A DNA stretch of 64,000 nt. It comes from an uncultured virus (IMG/VR IMGVR_UViG_3300012274_000057) (Duplodnaviria; Heunggongvirae; Uroviricota; Caudoviricetes). The position numbers and the translations under genes are program-made. Shown in pieces: positions 41,371 to 51,783 of the stretch. Each line of letters opens with the position of its first letter. Position 1 is the first letter of the stretch. Location of the stretch: positions 1 to 64,000 of IMG/VR virus record IMGVR_UViG_3300012274_000057. The stretch is one strand, 5' to 3'. The notes under the pieces are model-generated. The model did not search any database. It was not told where the DNA came from and was given only the letters and a program-made list of their open reading frames with translations.

Positions 41371-43080
41371 ATGTTAGTTTCAAACATTGTTAAAAAAGAA
41401 ATATTAAGAGAGGTTCAATCAAATACGTTGAAAGAAATTAGAAACTCTCTAGAAAGATCATTCGGACCTATGGGTTCAAATACAGAAATGTGTAAAACAG
41501 CAGGTAGTAATGGAAATGGAGAATTGTATGTAGAATATACTAAAGATGGTCATACCATTTTGCAAAACTTAGTGTTTTCAGATGTAATAGAACAAAGTGT
41601 TGCTAAAGACCTTGTTAAAGTTACGAGAAATGTAGTTAAAGAAGTAGGAGATGGAACAACATCTGCTATAATTTTATCTGAAATATTATTTAATGAATTA
41701 AAAGCATTAGAAAATAACAGTGCTCCTTATGCTCTAATTCAACAATTTAAAGATGCTGTTAAAGATATATCCGAAGAAATTAAAAAGAATATACAAGAAT
41801 TTACTCCACAAAAAGCTTACGATATATCTCTAATATCTACAAATGGAAATGAAGAAGTAGCAAATAATATTAAAGATATATATGAGAAATATGGTAATGA
41901 TGTATATATAGACGTAGCAATTTCTAATACAGCAGATTCTTTATTAAAGTCTTATGACGGTATGACATTACCAGTAGGATATTCAGATACAGCATATATC
42001 AATACTAAACAAGGATTATCTTCATTGAGAAATCCTAGAATATATGCTTTTGATGACCCGATAGATACACCAGAAATGATGGTACTACTCGATAAAATTA
42101 TAGATGAGAATATTACTAGTCATTATGATGATAGAAAATCGAATGAACCACCAGTTCCTACAGTAATTTTAGCTTCAAAAATATCTAGAGATATGTCAGG
42201 GTTTATAGAAAAAGTAGTAAACTTTTTATTAAATTTCAATAATGAACTGTTATCTCAAAAGCCTCCACTATTAGTTGTTACTAATATTAATAATAGGGAA
42301 CAATTTGTGGATATAGTGAGACTATGTGGATGTAAACCTATTAAAAAATATATAAATCCAGATCAACAAGAATTAGACATTAAAAAAGGTTTAGCTCCTA
42401 CATTAGAAACTGTTACAGAATTCTATGGAAGTGCTGATTTAGTAGAGTCTGATTTAGATAAGACTAAGTTCATTAATCCAGCTAAAATGCTTGTAAATGG
42501 ACAACCTAGTGAAGAATATAAGAGTTTATTAAGTTTCTTAGAAGCTGAACTACAAAATGCATATTCAAATAATGATAATAATAATGTTACTGGTACCCTA
42601 AAAAGGAGAATCAATTCATTAAAAGCTAATATGGTTGATTATTTAGTTGGCGGAGTTTCTATAATAGATAGAGATAGTTTAAGAGCTTTAGTTGAAGATT
42701 CAGTATTGAACTGTAGATCAGCTGCACAGTATGGTGTAGGCTATGGTGCTAACTTTGAAGGACTAAGAGCATCGTATAAATTACGAGATAAATCTGATAT
42801 GCATAAAGCTATATTTAATGCATATATGGCATTATCAACTATATTATATAATTCAGTATTTCATGATATGGGCGAAAGTGAAAAATATATAGATATAAGT
42901 ATGAATCAAGGAACCCCTATGAATTTAAGAACATCAGAATTTGATGGTAAAGTATTATGTTCTATTCGAACAGATATGGTTATTCTTGATACAATTTCAA
43001 AGATAGTTTCAATTATGTTTACAACTAATCAATTTTTATGTCCACTACCATCAATGAATAAGTATTTATTCGGTAACTAA
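41371..43080 (+). CDS. Phage GroEL-like chaperonin
   Basis: SFGPMG, TKDGHTIL, EVGDGTTSA, VEDSV, GVGYGA. Confidence 0.9.
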   Translation: MLVSNIVKKEILREVQSNTLKEIRNSLERSFGPMGSNTEMCKTAGSNGNGELYVEYTKDGHTILQNLVFSDVIEQSVAKDLVKVTRNVVKEVGDGTTSAIILSEILFNELKALENNSAPYALIQQFKDAVKDISEEIKKNIQEFTPQKAYDISLISTNGNEEVANNIKDIYEKYGNDVYIDVAISNTADSLLKSYDGMTLPVGYSDTAYINTKQGLSSLRNPRIYAFDDPIDTPEMMVLLDKIIDENITSHYDDRKSNEPPVPTVILASKISRDMSGFIEKVVNFLLNFNNELLSQKPPLLVVTNINNREQFVDIVRLCGCKPIKKYINPDQQELDIKKGLAPTLETVTEFYGSADLVESDLDKTKFINPAKMLVNGQPSEEYKSLLSFLEAELQNAYSNNDNNNVTGTLKRRINSLKANMVDYLVGGVSIIDRDSLRALVEDSVLNCRSAAQYGVGYGANFEGLRASYKLRDKSDMHKAIFNAYMALSTILYNSVFHDMGESEKYIDISMNQGTPMNLRTSEFDGKVLCSIRTDMVILDTISKIVSIMFTTNQFLCPLPSMNKYLFGN

Positions 43081-43151
43081 CTTAATAATAAGTCGATAGT
43101 ACGTGTTGCTATCGACTTTACACAGTTTGTTAAGAAGGTGAGGGTAAAAAT

Positions 43152-43940
43152 ATGAAAATGACATTTGATCAATATATTGCAAATCCTATGGGAATAAAAA
43201 ATGCTGTATATTCTAATAGAGAAATGTATAGAAATTTATATTCTGAGAAATTAGATAAAATTATAGTTAGGGAAGTCGGTAAAATAAAATATAAACTTTA
43301 TACCAGTAAAGATGATAGATACTTCGTCCACTTGAAGATACCTTCAGAAGTTATTAAAAATTTCTATTATGATACAGTAATAGAATTTTATACCGATCAA
43401 TCAGGTGTATCTGTATCTAAATCTCTCAAAGATTATTATATAAGATTTTATTCTAACGATCCATCATTTGTTTATACATTTGCATATGCGATGATAAAGA
43501 ACGAATTGTTCATTAAAGACCTAGTACCTAGAATGTCGAAAGAAGCAGTAAAAAAGGTAGCTAGCGAAAAGAACCCTAAAGCGGAAGTAGGATATGTAAA
43601 GTCTATTTATTTTGCATATTTATTAATGAGAAATTATAGTTTGTTCGATAAATTATTATATAGCACTTATGGTGAAAATTATGATAAAAAAATATTATTA
43701 AAGAATATAATCCATGCAGATGAAAAGGTGAAAGCAAGACAAGAAGCTGCTGCTACATTATCCAAATCGAAAAAAATACAAAATAAAAAAAATAGTATGC
43801 AGGATAGAAATCCTGGCTTAGCTACAGTAAACACTAGCACAATTTCTAATACTAAAGGTATTGGTAATATTGCAAAAACTAATAGGGTGAAGAATACAGT
43901 AAATAGTGTTAGAACTGTGCATAAGACAAAAAAGATTTAA
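43152..43940 (+). CDS. Hypothetical protein
   Basis: 262 aa with a basic tail, between the chaperonin and the putative sigma-like gene. Confidence 0.75.
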   Translation: MKMTFDQYIANPMGIKNAVYSNREMYRNLYSEKLDKIIVREVGKIKYKLYTSKDDRYFVHLKIPSEVIKNFYYDTVIEFYTDQSGVSVSKSLKDYYIRFYSNDPSFVYTFAYAMIKNELFIKDLVPRMSKEAVKKVASEKNPKAEVGYVKSIYFAYLLMRNYSLFDKLLYSTYGENYDKKILLKNIIHADEKVKARQEAAATLSKSKKIQNKKNSMQDRNPGLATVNTSTISNTKGIGNIAKTNRVKNTVNSVRTVHKTKKI

Positions 43941-43972
43941 ATCATATATTATATCATTGAGGAGGGATATGT

Positions 43973-45463
43973 ATGCAACAACTTGTTACATTTAAAGAAA
44001 GAGAAGAATTCATTCCAGTTGATGAATGGATTCCTAAAGAGGAGGAAATAATATTTCAACATACAAAGGGAGCGATAATATTACCTGTAGCTAAATTTTA
44101 TAATACAACAAATCCAAACTTAGATTATTTTATGACAGCCCCAAAGAGAAGTTATAACTCACCAGAAATGAGAGATCACTGTACTCATTATTTAAATTAT
44201 TTTGAAAGATTTTATGATCAAGATAGGGAACTCTTGATGGTGTATTTTAAGATAAAATTCTTAATGGATTTAGAACCAGCTTATGACGAACAAGCTTTTC
44301 TGTATGATATAAAAAGATATATATTATCCCCTGGGATATTATATAAGTTTACATTAATGAATAGAGATAATTATAATCTTAGTTTAAGATATGAGAGGGA
44401 AGAGAACTTAAGATATACAAATAAACATGGATTTATATTAATGAATATAAGTCTTATTATGAATGCACTTATTCCATTAATGACTCACTTTATATCAGTA
44501 AAGAAAGTTGCAGTTAACCCATTCTTACTAAAAGTGTATGATGAGGTTCTTGATTTATTTGATGTAGATATATTTAGTAAACTATATGAAACATCAAATA
44601 CAAATATAACAAAGAATACTAATCATAATCCTATATGGGGTAAACAAGATATAAGAGGTGTAAATACAACAACATTATCAATAAAATCAGTAGAAAATAT
44701 ACTTATAAATATAATGCCTAAATATCAATATCAACAAAATATGGTTTGTTTTAACTTTAGAAGTATTGTTAAAACAATAAAATATCAAGTTACAGATATT
44801 GCATATGAATATGATTTTATATCTCTATCTTCATCTAAAAGAGATGAAGAAAATAATAGTGAGTTTGACAAGTTCGAATCTTATTTAACTAAACAAGATG
44901 AGTCATTGTATTTACAAAATAAAGTTAACTGTCAAGAGACTATGAAATTTATAGAAAATTGCTTTGGACCTTTTGATAAAAATGAAATCAATTACTATAT
45001 GAAAACTTTATCAGATGGAGATAATATAATTATAAATGGATTTCAACAAGATTTAATATTTAATCTATTTTATAAGTATTTTGGGGACGTCACCTCTATT
45101 AAAGCTATCAATAAAGAGGACTATGTGAAGCTTATTATTGCAGCTCGAAAGACTTTACAATCTAACAATATGGTTATACTGCCATATATAATTAGTAGTA
45201 AAGTTACAAGATTAACAACAAGAAAAAATATTAATAAAAAAGAATTAATTAAGTTACAAGCATCTCCTTTTTATAAAGTGATTCAAGAAAAATATAAAAA
45301 TGAAAAAATTCTTACACAGATATTATCTTTAATAGCAACAATACTAGCATCAGAATTTGTTACTATTGATTTCTATGATAAGGAACTTGACGGTAAACCA
45401 CTTAATAGTTTACCTGCTGATATTATTTCGGAAGAAATATTAATGTATATCTGTTTGATATAA
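43973..45463 (+). CDS. Putative sigma-like promoter-specificity subunit of the non-virion RNAP (AR9 gp226/phiKZ gp68-like)
   Basis: 496 aa helical protein two genes after the chaperonin (AR9 gp228 and gp226 have this spacing); early promoter at 43942; assigned from size and synteny only. Confidence 0.55.
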   Translation: MQQLVTFKEREEFIPVDEWIPKEEEIIFQHTKGAIILPVAKFYNTTNPNLDYFMTAPKRSYNSPEMRDHCTHYLNYFERFYDQDRELLMVYFKIKFLMDLEPAYDEQAFLYDIKRYILSPGILYKFTLMNRDNYNLSLRYEREENLRYTNKHGFILMNISLIMNALIPLMTHFISVKKVAVNPFLLKVYDEVLDLFDVDIFSKLYETSNTNITKNTNHNPIWGKQDIRGVNTTTLSIKSVENILINIMPKYQYQQNMVCFNFRSIVKTIKYQVTDIAYEYDFISLSSSKRDEENNSEFDKFESYLTKQDESLYLQNKVNCQETMKFIENCFGPFDKNEINYYMKTLSDGDNIIINGFQQDLIFNLFYKYFGDVTSIKAINKEDYVKLIIAARKTLQSNNMVILPYIISSKVTRLTTRKNINKKELIKLQASPFYKVIQEKYKNEKILTQILSLIATILASEFVTIDFYDKELDGKPLNSLPADIISEEILMYICLI

Positions 45464-45595
45464 TTAAGGAGTTAAAATAAACAATTGGTGAGATTGATTT
45501 CTCACCAATTTATTTTTAGGATGATTCTATAATGATAGCAGACTGTCCTAGATTAGAATATTATAAGAAAATGTTAATTTAAAGGAGGATACATT

Positions 45596-46030
45596 ATGAG
45601 TAAATTATTTCCTAATTGGAAAGCAGCTGATATAACATTAAGAACTATAGTACAAGACTTTTTTAAGTTAAATATTATAGCAATTGATAATAATACTATA
45701 AATATATCATTTATAAATCTTGAAGATATTACAGCTCATATTCCATCAGAATATGTAGGTAATTTTATAGATATTTATAATAAATTCGTGAATGATATTG
45801 CTCAAAGAGTAGAGTTGATGAAAACGTTAGACAAATATATGGGAAATCCACTGTCTGATTCAATGCTCATTTGTTTACAAAACGATTGTTTGAATTTAAT
45901 AAATAAATATGAGACAATAGAAAATATGAAATTGAAAGATATATTTCTTTATAAATATCTCAGAGTCTCTGTGGTATATTATCAAATAGGAAGTGATTCA
46001 AATGAAAGAAGAGTTAAGAGAACAATTTAG
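45596..46030 (+). CDS. Hypothetical protein
   Basis: 144 aa with SD aggagg. Confidence 0.65.
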   Translation: MSKLFPNWKAADITLRTIVQDFFKLNIIAIDNNTINISFINLEDITAHIPSEYVGNFIDIYNKFVNDIAQRVELMKTLDKYMGNPLSDSMLICLQNDCLNLINKYETIENMKLKDIFLYKYLRVSVVYYQIGSDSNERRVKRTI

Positions 46031-47063
46031 AGATGCTTTATTGACTATACCTTCAGCACGATTGGTATCTGGGGGCAAAGAAGTGTTAATGAGATGTAGA
46101 TACTGTGAAGATAGTAGAGATCCTAAATCTGCTCATATGTATGTAAGTATCCCACAAAGCGATGATTCAGTAAGTTTATTTAACTGTTATAAATGTCCTG
46201 CAAGTGGGGTTGTTACACATAGTAAATTGATAGAATGGGGATTATATCTAGATACAAATCTATTAATAGAAGTGTCTAAATATAACAAGAAAACCTTAGC
46301 ATTAGATAAAAATAAAATGCTTCGAGATAGTGCTGTATACAGATTAGATAATAGTTTTATATCAGATAATAAACTATCTCAAGTTAAATTAAAATATATA
46401 AATAATAGATTAGGAATAAATTTATCATATAATGATTTATTAGAAAAGAAAATAATACTAAATCTATATGATTTACTTAAAACTAATAATATTCAAAAAC
46501 TTAGTAGAAATAGTAATATAGTAGATCAATTAAATGAAAGCTTTATAGGATTCATTACTCAAGATAATGCATTTGTAAATATGAGAAATTTGACGCCAGG
46601 TAAAGTACACAAATCTATTGATAAAAGATATATTAACTATAATATATTTAATAAGATGGATAACACCCAAAGATATTATACAATACCTACAAGTATTGAT
46701 TTAACAAACCCTAAAAGAATAAGATTAAATATATCAGAAGGTCCTTTTGATATATTATCAGTATTTTATAACTTAAGAAATCAAGAGAGTTATCATAATA
46801 TATATTCATCTATATTGGGTAGTAGCTATCTTGCTATATGTAGACATTTTATAAATGTAATGAAATTAATAAATCTAGAAGTTCATGTATATATAGATAA
46901 TGATATAAAAGATTATATTATTCAAGAGCTTAAAGAACTCCTATATCCATTTAATATACCTTTATATATTCATAAAAATATATATCCAGGAGAAAAGGAT
47001 TTTGGAGTAAGAATAGAAAAAATAAACGAGCAGATATTTCCTATACTAACAGAAAGAGGGTAG
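46002..47063 (+). CDS. DNA primase (Zn finger plus TOPRIM)
   Basis: RCRYC.DS...FNCYKC Zn ribbon; SEGPFD and IDND TOPRIM motifs. Confidence 0.85.
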   Translation: MKEELREQFRDALLTIPSARLVSGGKEVLMRCRYCEDSRDPKSAHMYVSIPQSDDSVSLFNCYKCPASGVVTHSKLIEWGLYLDTNLLIEVSKYNKKTLALDKNKMLRDSAVYRLDNSFISDNKLSQVKLKYINNRLGINLSYNDLLEKKIILNLYDLLKTNNIQKLSRNSNIVDQLNESFIGFITQDNAFVNMRNLTPGKVHKSIDKRYINYNIFNKMDNTQRYYTIPTSIDLTNPKRIRLNISEGPFDILSVFYNLRNQESYHNIYSSILGSSYLAICRHFINVMKLINLEVHVYIDNDIKDYIIQELKELLYPFNIPLYIHKNIYPGEKDFGVRIEKINEQIFPILTERG

Positions 47064-47124
47064 GCATACCCTCTTTATTTTTTGTTTTTCAAACATTTAA
47101 TTAACAAGAAAGGAGAGATATATT

Positions 47125-48339
47125 ATGGCAAATTTTATAAATACACAGCATAAAACTGTATTAAACTCTATGATAGATATATATAAATCTAAAATAGATA
47201 ATCCTTATTACTTATATATGGATTCTAAACCTACTGTTGTCACTTATTATAGTCAAAATAAAGAGAAATCTACATTAGATGATGCTCTGCATACAAATTA
47301 TTCACCTCTAGGAAAAGATAGTCCATTACGATTTAATAAAATCAATGATTTTTATTTATATGGATTAGATAGAATTATTACTAACTTAGATGATGGCGAA
47401 TGGGGAATAGAAGCAGATACTATTGAAGGAGAAGCTATTATATTACCTAATACAATAGTACCAGTTGGCAATGATTATTTTATAATAGATTATCTAAAAG
47501 AAAAGAAATTATTATTTCAAGTATTAAGTTCTTCTTTTGATACAATAGATAATGGTGCTAACTTATATAAAATTACTTATAAATTAAGTACCGTAAATGA
47601 TGATGTTGATAAGATAGAAAAACAAATAGTAGAAGAGTATAATATGGTTACCAATAATTTAGGGACAGAAATGTCTAATATTATTAAAATTGAAAATTAC
47701 AATTATATCGAAGATACCGAGGCAGTATTAGACAAACTTAGGGAATATTATTTAGATATATTCTATACCCAAAGGGTACAAACTTTTATTTTACCTCATA
47801 ACGGTAGATATTTCTATGATCCTTATCTTATAAACTTTATAAAAAAAAATAATCTGATGATTGGAAAAGAATATGTATATATAGCACATCAAACATATCT
47901 ACAACAATCATTCGGACTAGATTATGATAAAACATTTTTTAGAGTTGTAGAAAAGGGAGATATGTATAAAGGATTTAATAGTACTACATCTCAAGCTAAA
48001 ATTATACAAGATGCTACAAGTATATTTACTTGTAGGAAAGAAGATTATTTTAAAATAGAATACATCACTGGTGGACTTATAAACTATCATTTATATATTA
48101 TAGAGAATTTTGATAAAGATTTAATGAAGCATATAAAAGATTATGAACTGTATACTGAAGATTCCCATAAATATAAGAATATAATAATTAAATATTTTAA
48201 CAATACAACAATAGAAAAAGACGATATTAACGCTATTGAGGATATAGATTATTCTACAAATATAGAATTGTTTTACAACATTCCTATAATAATCTTTATC
48301 TTAGAAAAAGATATTGTCAATAAACTATTAAAAAAATAA
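47125..48339 (+). CDS. Probable virion structural protein
   Basis: 404 aa, late promoter at 47092. Confidence 0.55.
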   Translation: MANFINTQHKTVLNSMIDIYKSKIDNPYYLYMDSKPTVVTYYSQNKEKSTLDDALHTNYSPLGKDSPLRFNKINDFYLYGLDRIITNLDDGEWGIEADTIEGEAIILPNTIVPVGNDYFIIDYLKEKKLLFQVLSSSFDTIDNGANLYKITYKLSTVNDDVDKIEKQIVEEYNMVTNNLGTEMSNIIKIENYNYIEDTEAVLDKLREYYLDIFYTQRVQTFILPHNGRYFYDPYLINFIKKNNLMIGKEYVYIAHQTYLQQSFGLDYDKTFFRVVEKGDMYKGFNSTTSQAKIIQDATSIFTCRKEDYFKIEYITGGLINYHLYIIENFDKDLMKHIKDYELYTEDSHKYKNIIIKYFNNTTIEKDDINAIEDIDYSTNIELFYNIPIIIFILEKDIVNKLLKK

Positions 48340-48355
48340 AGAGAGGTGTTTTAGT

Positions 48356-48475
48356 ATGATATCACCAAGTCCAGTAGACGATATATTATTACTAGAAATG
48401 GCTGCTGAAGATGAACAGGAAGCTATGTTGCTAGAAATGGCATGTTATGATATTTTATTAGACGTAGTAGATTAA
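48356..48475 (+). CDS. Small acidic 39 aa peptide absent from the ORF track
   Basis: SD gaggtg; MISPSPVDDILLLEMAAEDEQEAMLLEMACYDILLDVVD. Confidence 0.6.
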   Translation: MISPSPVDDILLLEMAAEDEQEAMLLEMACYDILLDVVD

Positions 48476-48488
48476 GGAGGAATTAATA

Positions 48489-48947
48489 ATGAAGAAAAAA
48501 GTAAATGTGTATCCAACTATACCAATAATGGGAACTAATCCACCAATACTGGGAATTACTTATGCAACAGAATTATCTATAGGAGATATATCACTATGTA
48601 TATTTGCAAGAGCTAAAGTAGAGGAGATCCTTAAAAATGGCGAAATACTGCCTTTAAATTTATCAAATTATGATAAGGATAATAATAAAGATATAGTTGT
48701 CGAAAAAGTTAAACAAGAGGAAACTATTCCAGAACCTATCTTTATACCTAAACAAAAAGAGGAAATAAAGATAGAAGAAGAGATTAAACAATCTGTAGAA
48801 GAAGACAATACAGTTTCTATTGAAACCAAAGATATCCCTGAAGAAGAAATGATTGTTTCTAATAAAGAAGAATCAATTGATACTGGGGCAGAACAAATTA
48901 ATTCAGTACAAAGGAATAACAAATCAAATTATAAAAAAAATAGATAA
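48489..48947 (+). CDS. Hypothetical late protein
   Basis: 152 aa, folded N-terminus and Glu-rich tail, SD aggagg. Confidence 0.7.
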   Translation: MKKKVNVYPTIPIMGTNPPILGITYATELSIGDISLCIFARAKVEEILKNGEILPLNLSNYDKDNNKDIVVEKVKQEETIPEPIFIPKQKEEIKIEEEIKQSVEEDNTVSIETKDIPEEEMIVSNKEESIDTGAEQINSVQRNNKSNYKKNR

Positions 48948-48959
48948 TTATAATATTAT

Positions 48960-49515
48960 ATAGATAGAGGCTTGAAACCTCTATCTATATAAACTTTATT
49001 TTTTCAGGTCTTACTTTGACTGACCATAGTTTCTATTACTTCTAACTCTCCCCTTAGAAAATAATAGAAACAAATATGTTGTTAGTTTAGTAGTTATATT
49101 ATCACATTTCTTATAAGAAATAAGTACTATCTCTTTTTATTCAAACTACTATTATACTTAATGCTACAATTATGTGTTCACTCATTTATTTCATATGTTT
49201 TCATAAGAGGTTTATCCATTATTCGTTTCCTACTGCTGAGAAATCGTCCATGGTATCACCTCTTTCCACTGTTCTTCTACTTAATCACGAAAGAGAAATG
49301 ATTAAGTTTTTTCTTTAGTACGTAAAAAATTCTTTATCAATTTTATCATATGTTTTCACCCCCTCTAAATTAGTTGTACTTAGAAGGGTATACTCATGTT
49401 TCTGCTGTTAAAAAGCGATAGACCAAATCTATCATCACCTCCTTAGACTTGATATAGTAACTATGATCAGTCATTTATTCGGTTTTTATTACTTTAATAA
49501 GCATTCTGTATTCGT
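48960..49515 (-). ncRNA. Candidate large structured RNA / minigene transcript
   Basis: Own early promoter (49520-49551, minus strand), no ORF of 60 aa or more, 15 bp end-to-end stem, several hairpins, terminator hairpin 48958-48990. Confidence 0.6.
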
Positions 49516-49581
49516 GATTATAATATATAATTATAAAAGTCAATTTTTACAAAGTAGAGAGAAGAGTATATACTCTTCTCT

Positions 49582-51234
49582 CTAATATTCTGGCTCTGAT
49601 AATTTTGTTCCAGGTAGAATTAGTGTCATATTATATAAACTTTGTATAGCTTCTTTAGAAGATTGTCTTATATTTTTTCCTCCTAAGTTAATATAATGAG
49701 CTTTAGAATTCATAAATCTGTCCAATTCATCATTTGCTTCTATACTATATGCTACTTTACAGGTTACTTGGTCACCATCATAATCTCCTCCTATAGCATC
49801 TAAATAACAATTACAGATATTCATTGTGTCTACAAATTTATTACTAGTATTTGATCCGATATCTTTTTCCCTTATTTTTGGATAATGTTTATAAAATATA
49901 TTATCTACAAACATGGGTTCTGTTTCTTTTGTAGAAGAAACTACAATTTTAGTAGGAAATTGTCCAAAGTAATTATCTAAGGGATATCTTGTGATAAGTG
50001 CATGTTTATCTTTAGAACAATCAACTGCAGCCATAAATATCAAATCACACCATGTCAATCTTCTCGATAGTAGTGGAGTGTTACCTGGCTGTGTTTCGTT
50101 TGGCTTTTCAGATAATTTACCAACATCTTGAGAATCAGTATATCGACCCTTAAATGACATACTTAATAGTTTATTCTCTTCTGTTTCTACTTCAACAGGA
50201 ATAAATCTATTAGAGTAACCGTACATAAATCTTTCTATTTCTTTTTTTATTCTCGTATCTGAAAATTGTATTAACGGATCTTTTGCTTTAACAAATCTAA
50301 TATTTCCTTCTTTATTTCTAACAGGAAATTCAGATGTTCCCGAGAATTGATTTTCAAAAAACCTTCTTATCCAGAAAATTATATAAGGAAATAAGTTAGC
50401 ACATACAGATGCTAAAGGAACAGCAGAATGATCTAAGTCGACCATTAAATCTTCTAATCTTTCTACTTTAAGCTCTGGTGCTGATAATACAAGTCTTGAA
50501 GCATAGTCGGAAGTTTTAGCCATTACAGATCTTTTAATGATACCTGGTTTACCTGCAAGACCTGAACCTGAATTCTCAGTACCTTTAGTAAACCAATTAT
50601 ACAATTGTAAAAGTATCTCCTGTATTCGCCCGTTAGTTGCATCGGACATTTGTAATCCATAATCTGCTGTCTCTTTAAGTGCTCTAACTGCGATTAATAA
50701 TGAGTCATATAATTTATTAACTTCACCTACACCTATATATCCTCTATCAGAATTGACATCTCTATAGTATGCTGGAATTACAATCCATTTTCGTATAAAC
50801 ATATTGTGTTTATACCTATCTAAAAAATCTATTTTATCGTCCCTCTTTGTAGAATCAGTAGATTTTATTTTTATTTTATCCATATTATTTTTTAAGAATT
50901 TTATTCCAGTACTACCATTTTCATCTTCTACTAATTGTCCAGATGCATCTATTTTAAATTTATTTGTCCCATGAACTATTTGTCTTATTTTCTTATCCAT
51001 ACCGACCCATATTTTATATGTGTATGGATGAATAAACCAGTCTGATAGATCTATATATCCAAATATACCAGCCCTGTCATCTTTACTTATACCAAATATT
51101 TCATTAGATAATAAACCGTCTGATGTAGGAACACCATCTCTTATAAAAAATATAGGATTTGTGATTTCCTGCAGTTCATTTATTTTAACTAATTTATCTG
51201 GATCTAATAAATCGAATTTTAAATGTTTTTCCAT
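49582..51234 (-). CDS. RNA polymerase beta' subunit with catalytic loop, probably of the virion RNAP
   Basis: GLLSNEIFG, FGYIDL, VIPAYYRD, TRYP and GGDYDGDQ (DxDGD); late promoter at 51254-51265. Confidence 0.9.
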   Translation of the reverse strand: MEKHLKFDLLDPDKLVKINELQEITNPIFFIRDGVPTSDGLLSNEIFGISKDDRAGIFGYIDLSDWFIHPYTYKIWVGMDKKIRQIVHGTNKFKIDASGQLVEDENGSTGIKFLKNNMDKIKIKSTDSTKRDDKIDFLDRYKHNMFIRKWIVIPAYYRDVNSDRGYIGVGEVNKLYDSLLIAVRALKETADYGLQMSDATNGRIQEILLQLYNWFTKGTENSGSGLAGKPGIIKRSVMAKTSDYASRLVLSAPELKVERLEDLMVDLDHSAVPLASVCANLFPYIIFWIRRFFENQFSGTSEFPVRNKEGNIRFVKAKDPLIQFSDTRIKKEIERFMYGYSNRFIPVEVETEENKLLSMSFKGRYTDSQDVGKLSEKPNETQPGNTPLLSRRLTWCDLIFMAAVDCSKDKHALITRYPLDNYFGQFPTKIVVSSTKETEPMFVDNIFYKHYPKIREKDIGSNTSNKFVDTMNICNCYLDAIGGDYDGDQVTCKVAYSIEANDELDRFMNSKAHYINLGGKNIRQSSKEAIQSLYNMTLILPGTKLSEPEY

Positions 51235-51286
51235 ATTATAAACCTCCTTTAATTAATATAATGTTAAAAGAATAGAGTTTCTGGAA

Positions 51287-51595
51287 TTAACCAGAAACTC
51301 TTTTTATTAAATTTAAAAATATATTATTATCCATTCTATTAGAAACCACATTATAAGTTTTATTATATATCGTAATTTCGGAATTATTCAAATATCTTTC
51401 AACTTCTTTAGCAGTCTCTTCAGAAGAGAATAGTAAATTGAAATTCATATTACAACTGTTGTTGTAAGATGAGATAGATGATATTTCATAGTCCCCCACT
51501 AAATCATATAATGCCATTACTTCATCAAAATATACAACAACATCTCTATTAAAATTTTGACTTTCTATAGATTTTGTAAAATCGATTCTTTCCAA
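51287..51595 (-). CDS. Hypothetical protein
   Basis: 102 aa, TTG start after SD gaggagg. Confidence 0.65.
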   Translation of the reverse strand: MERIDFTKSIESQNFNRDVVVYFDEVMALYDLVGDYEISSISSYNNSCNMNFNLLFSSEETAKEVERYLNNSEITIYNKTYNVVSNRMDNNIFLNLIKRVSG

Positions 51596-51766
51596 TTATA
51601 ATCCTACCTCCTCTTCTAGCTTTTCTTCTAATACGCCGTTAGCAGCTCTTTCAATTCCTTCTTTAGTCTCAAAGGATTTTACTTTTCTTGCATATAGCCC
51701 ATGGAACATTCTATTTGGTAAATGTATAGCCTCTTCAACTGATATTTTACCTTTATAATGATCCAT
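51596..51766 (-). CDS. Small 56 aa protein, possible T4 gp51-like baseplate hub assembly partner
   Basis: MDHYKGKISVEEAIHLPNRMF... fills the gap after the gp26-like gene; weak SD. Confidence 0.5.
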   Translation of the reverse strand: MDHYKGKISVEEAIHLPNRMFHGLYARKVKSFETKEGIERAANGVLEEKLEEEVGL

Positions 51767-51783
51767 AAATCTTTCTATCTTTT

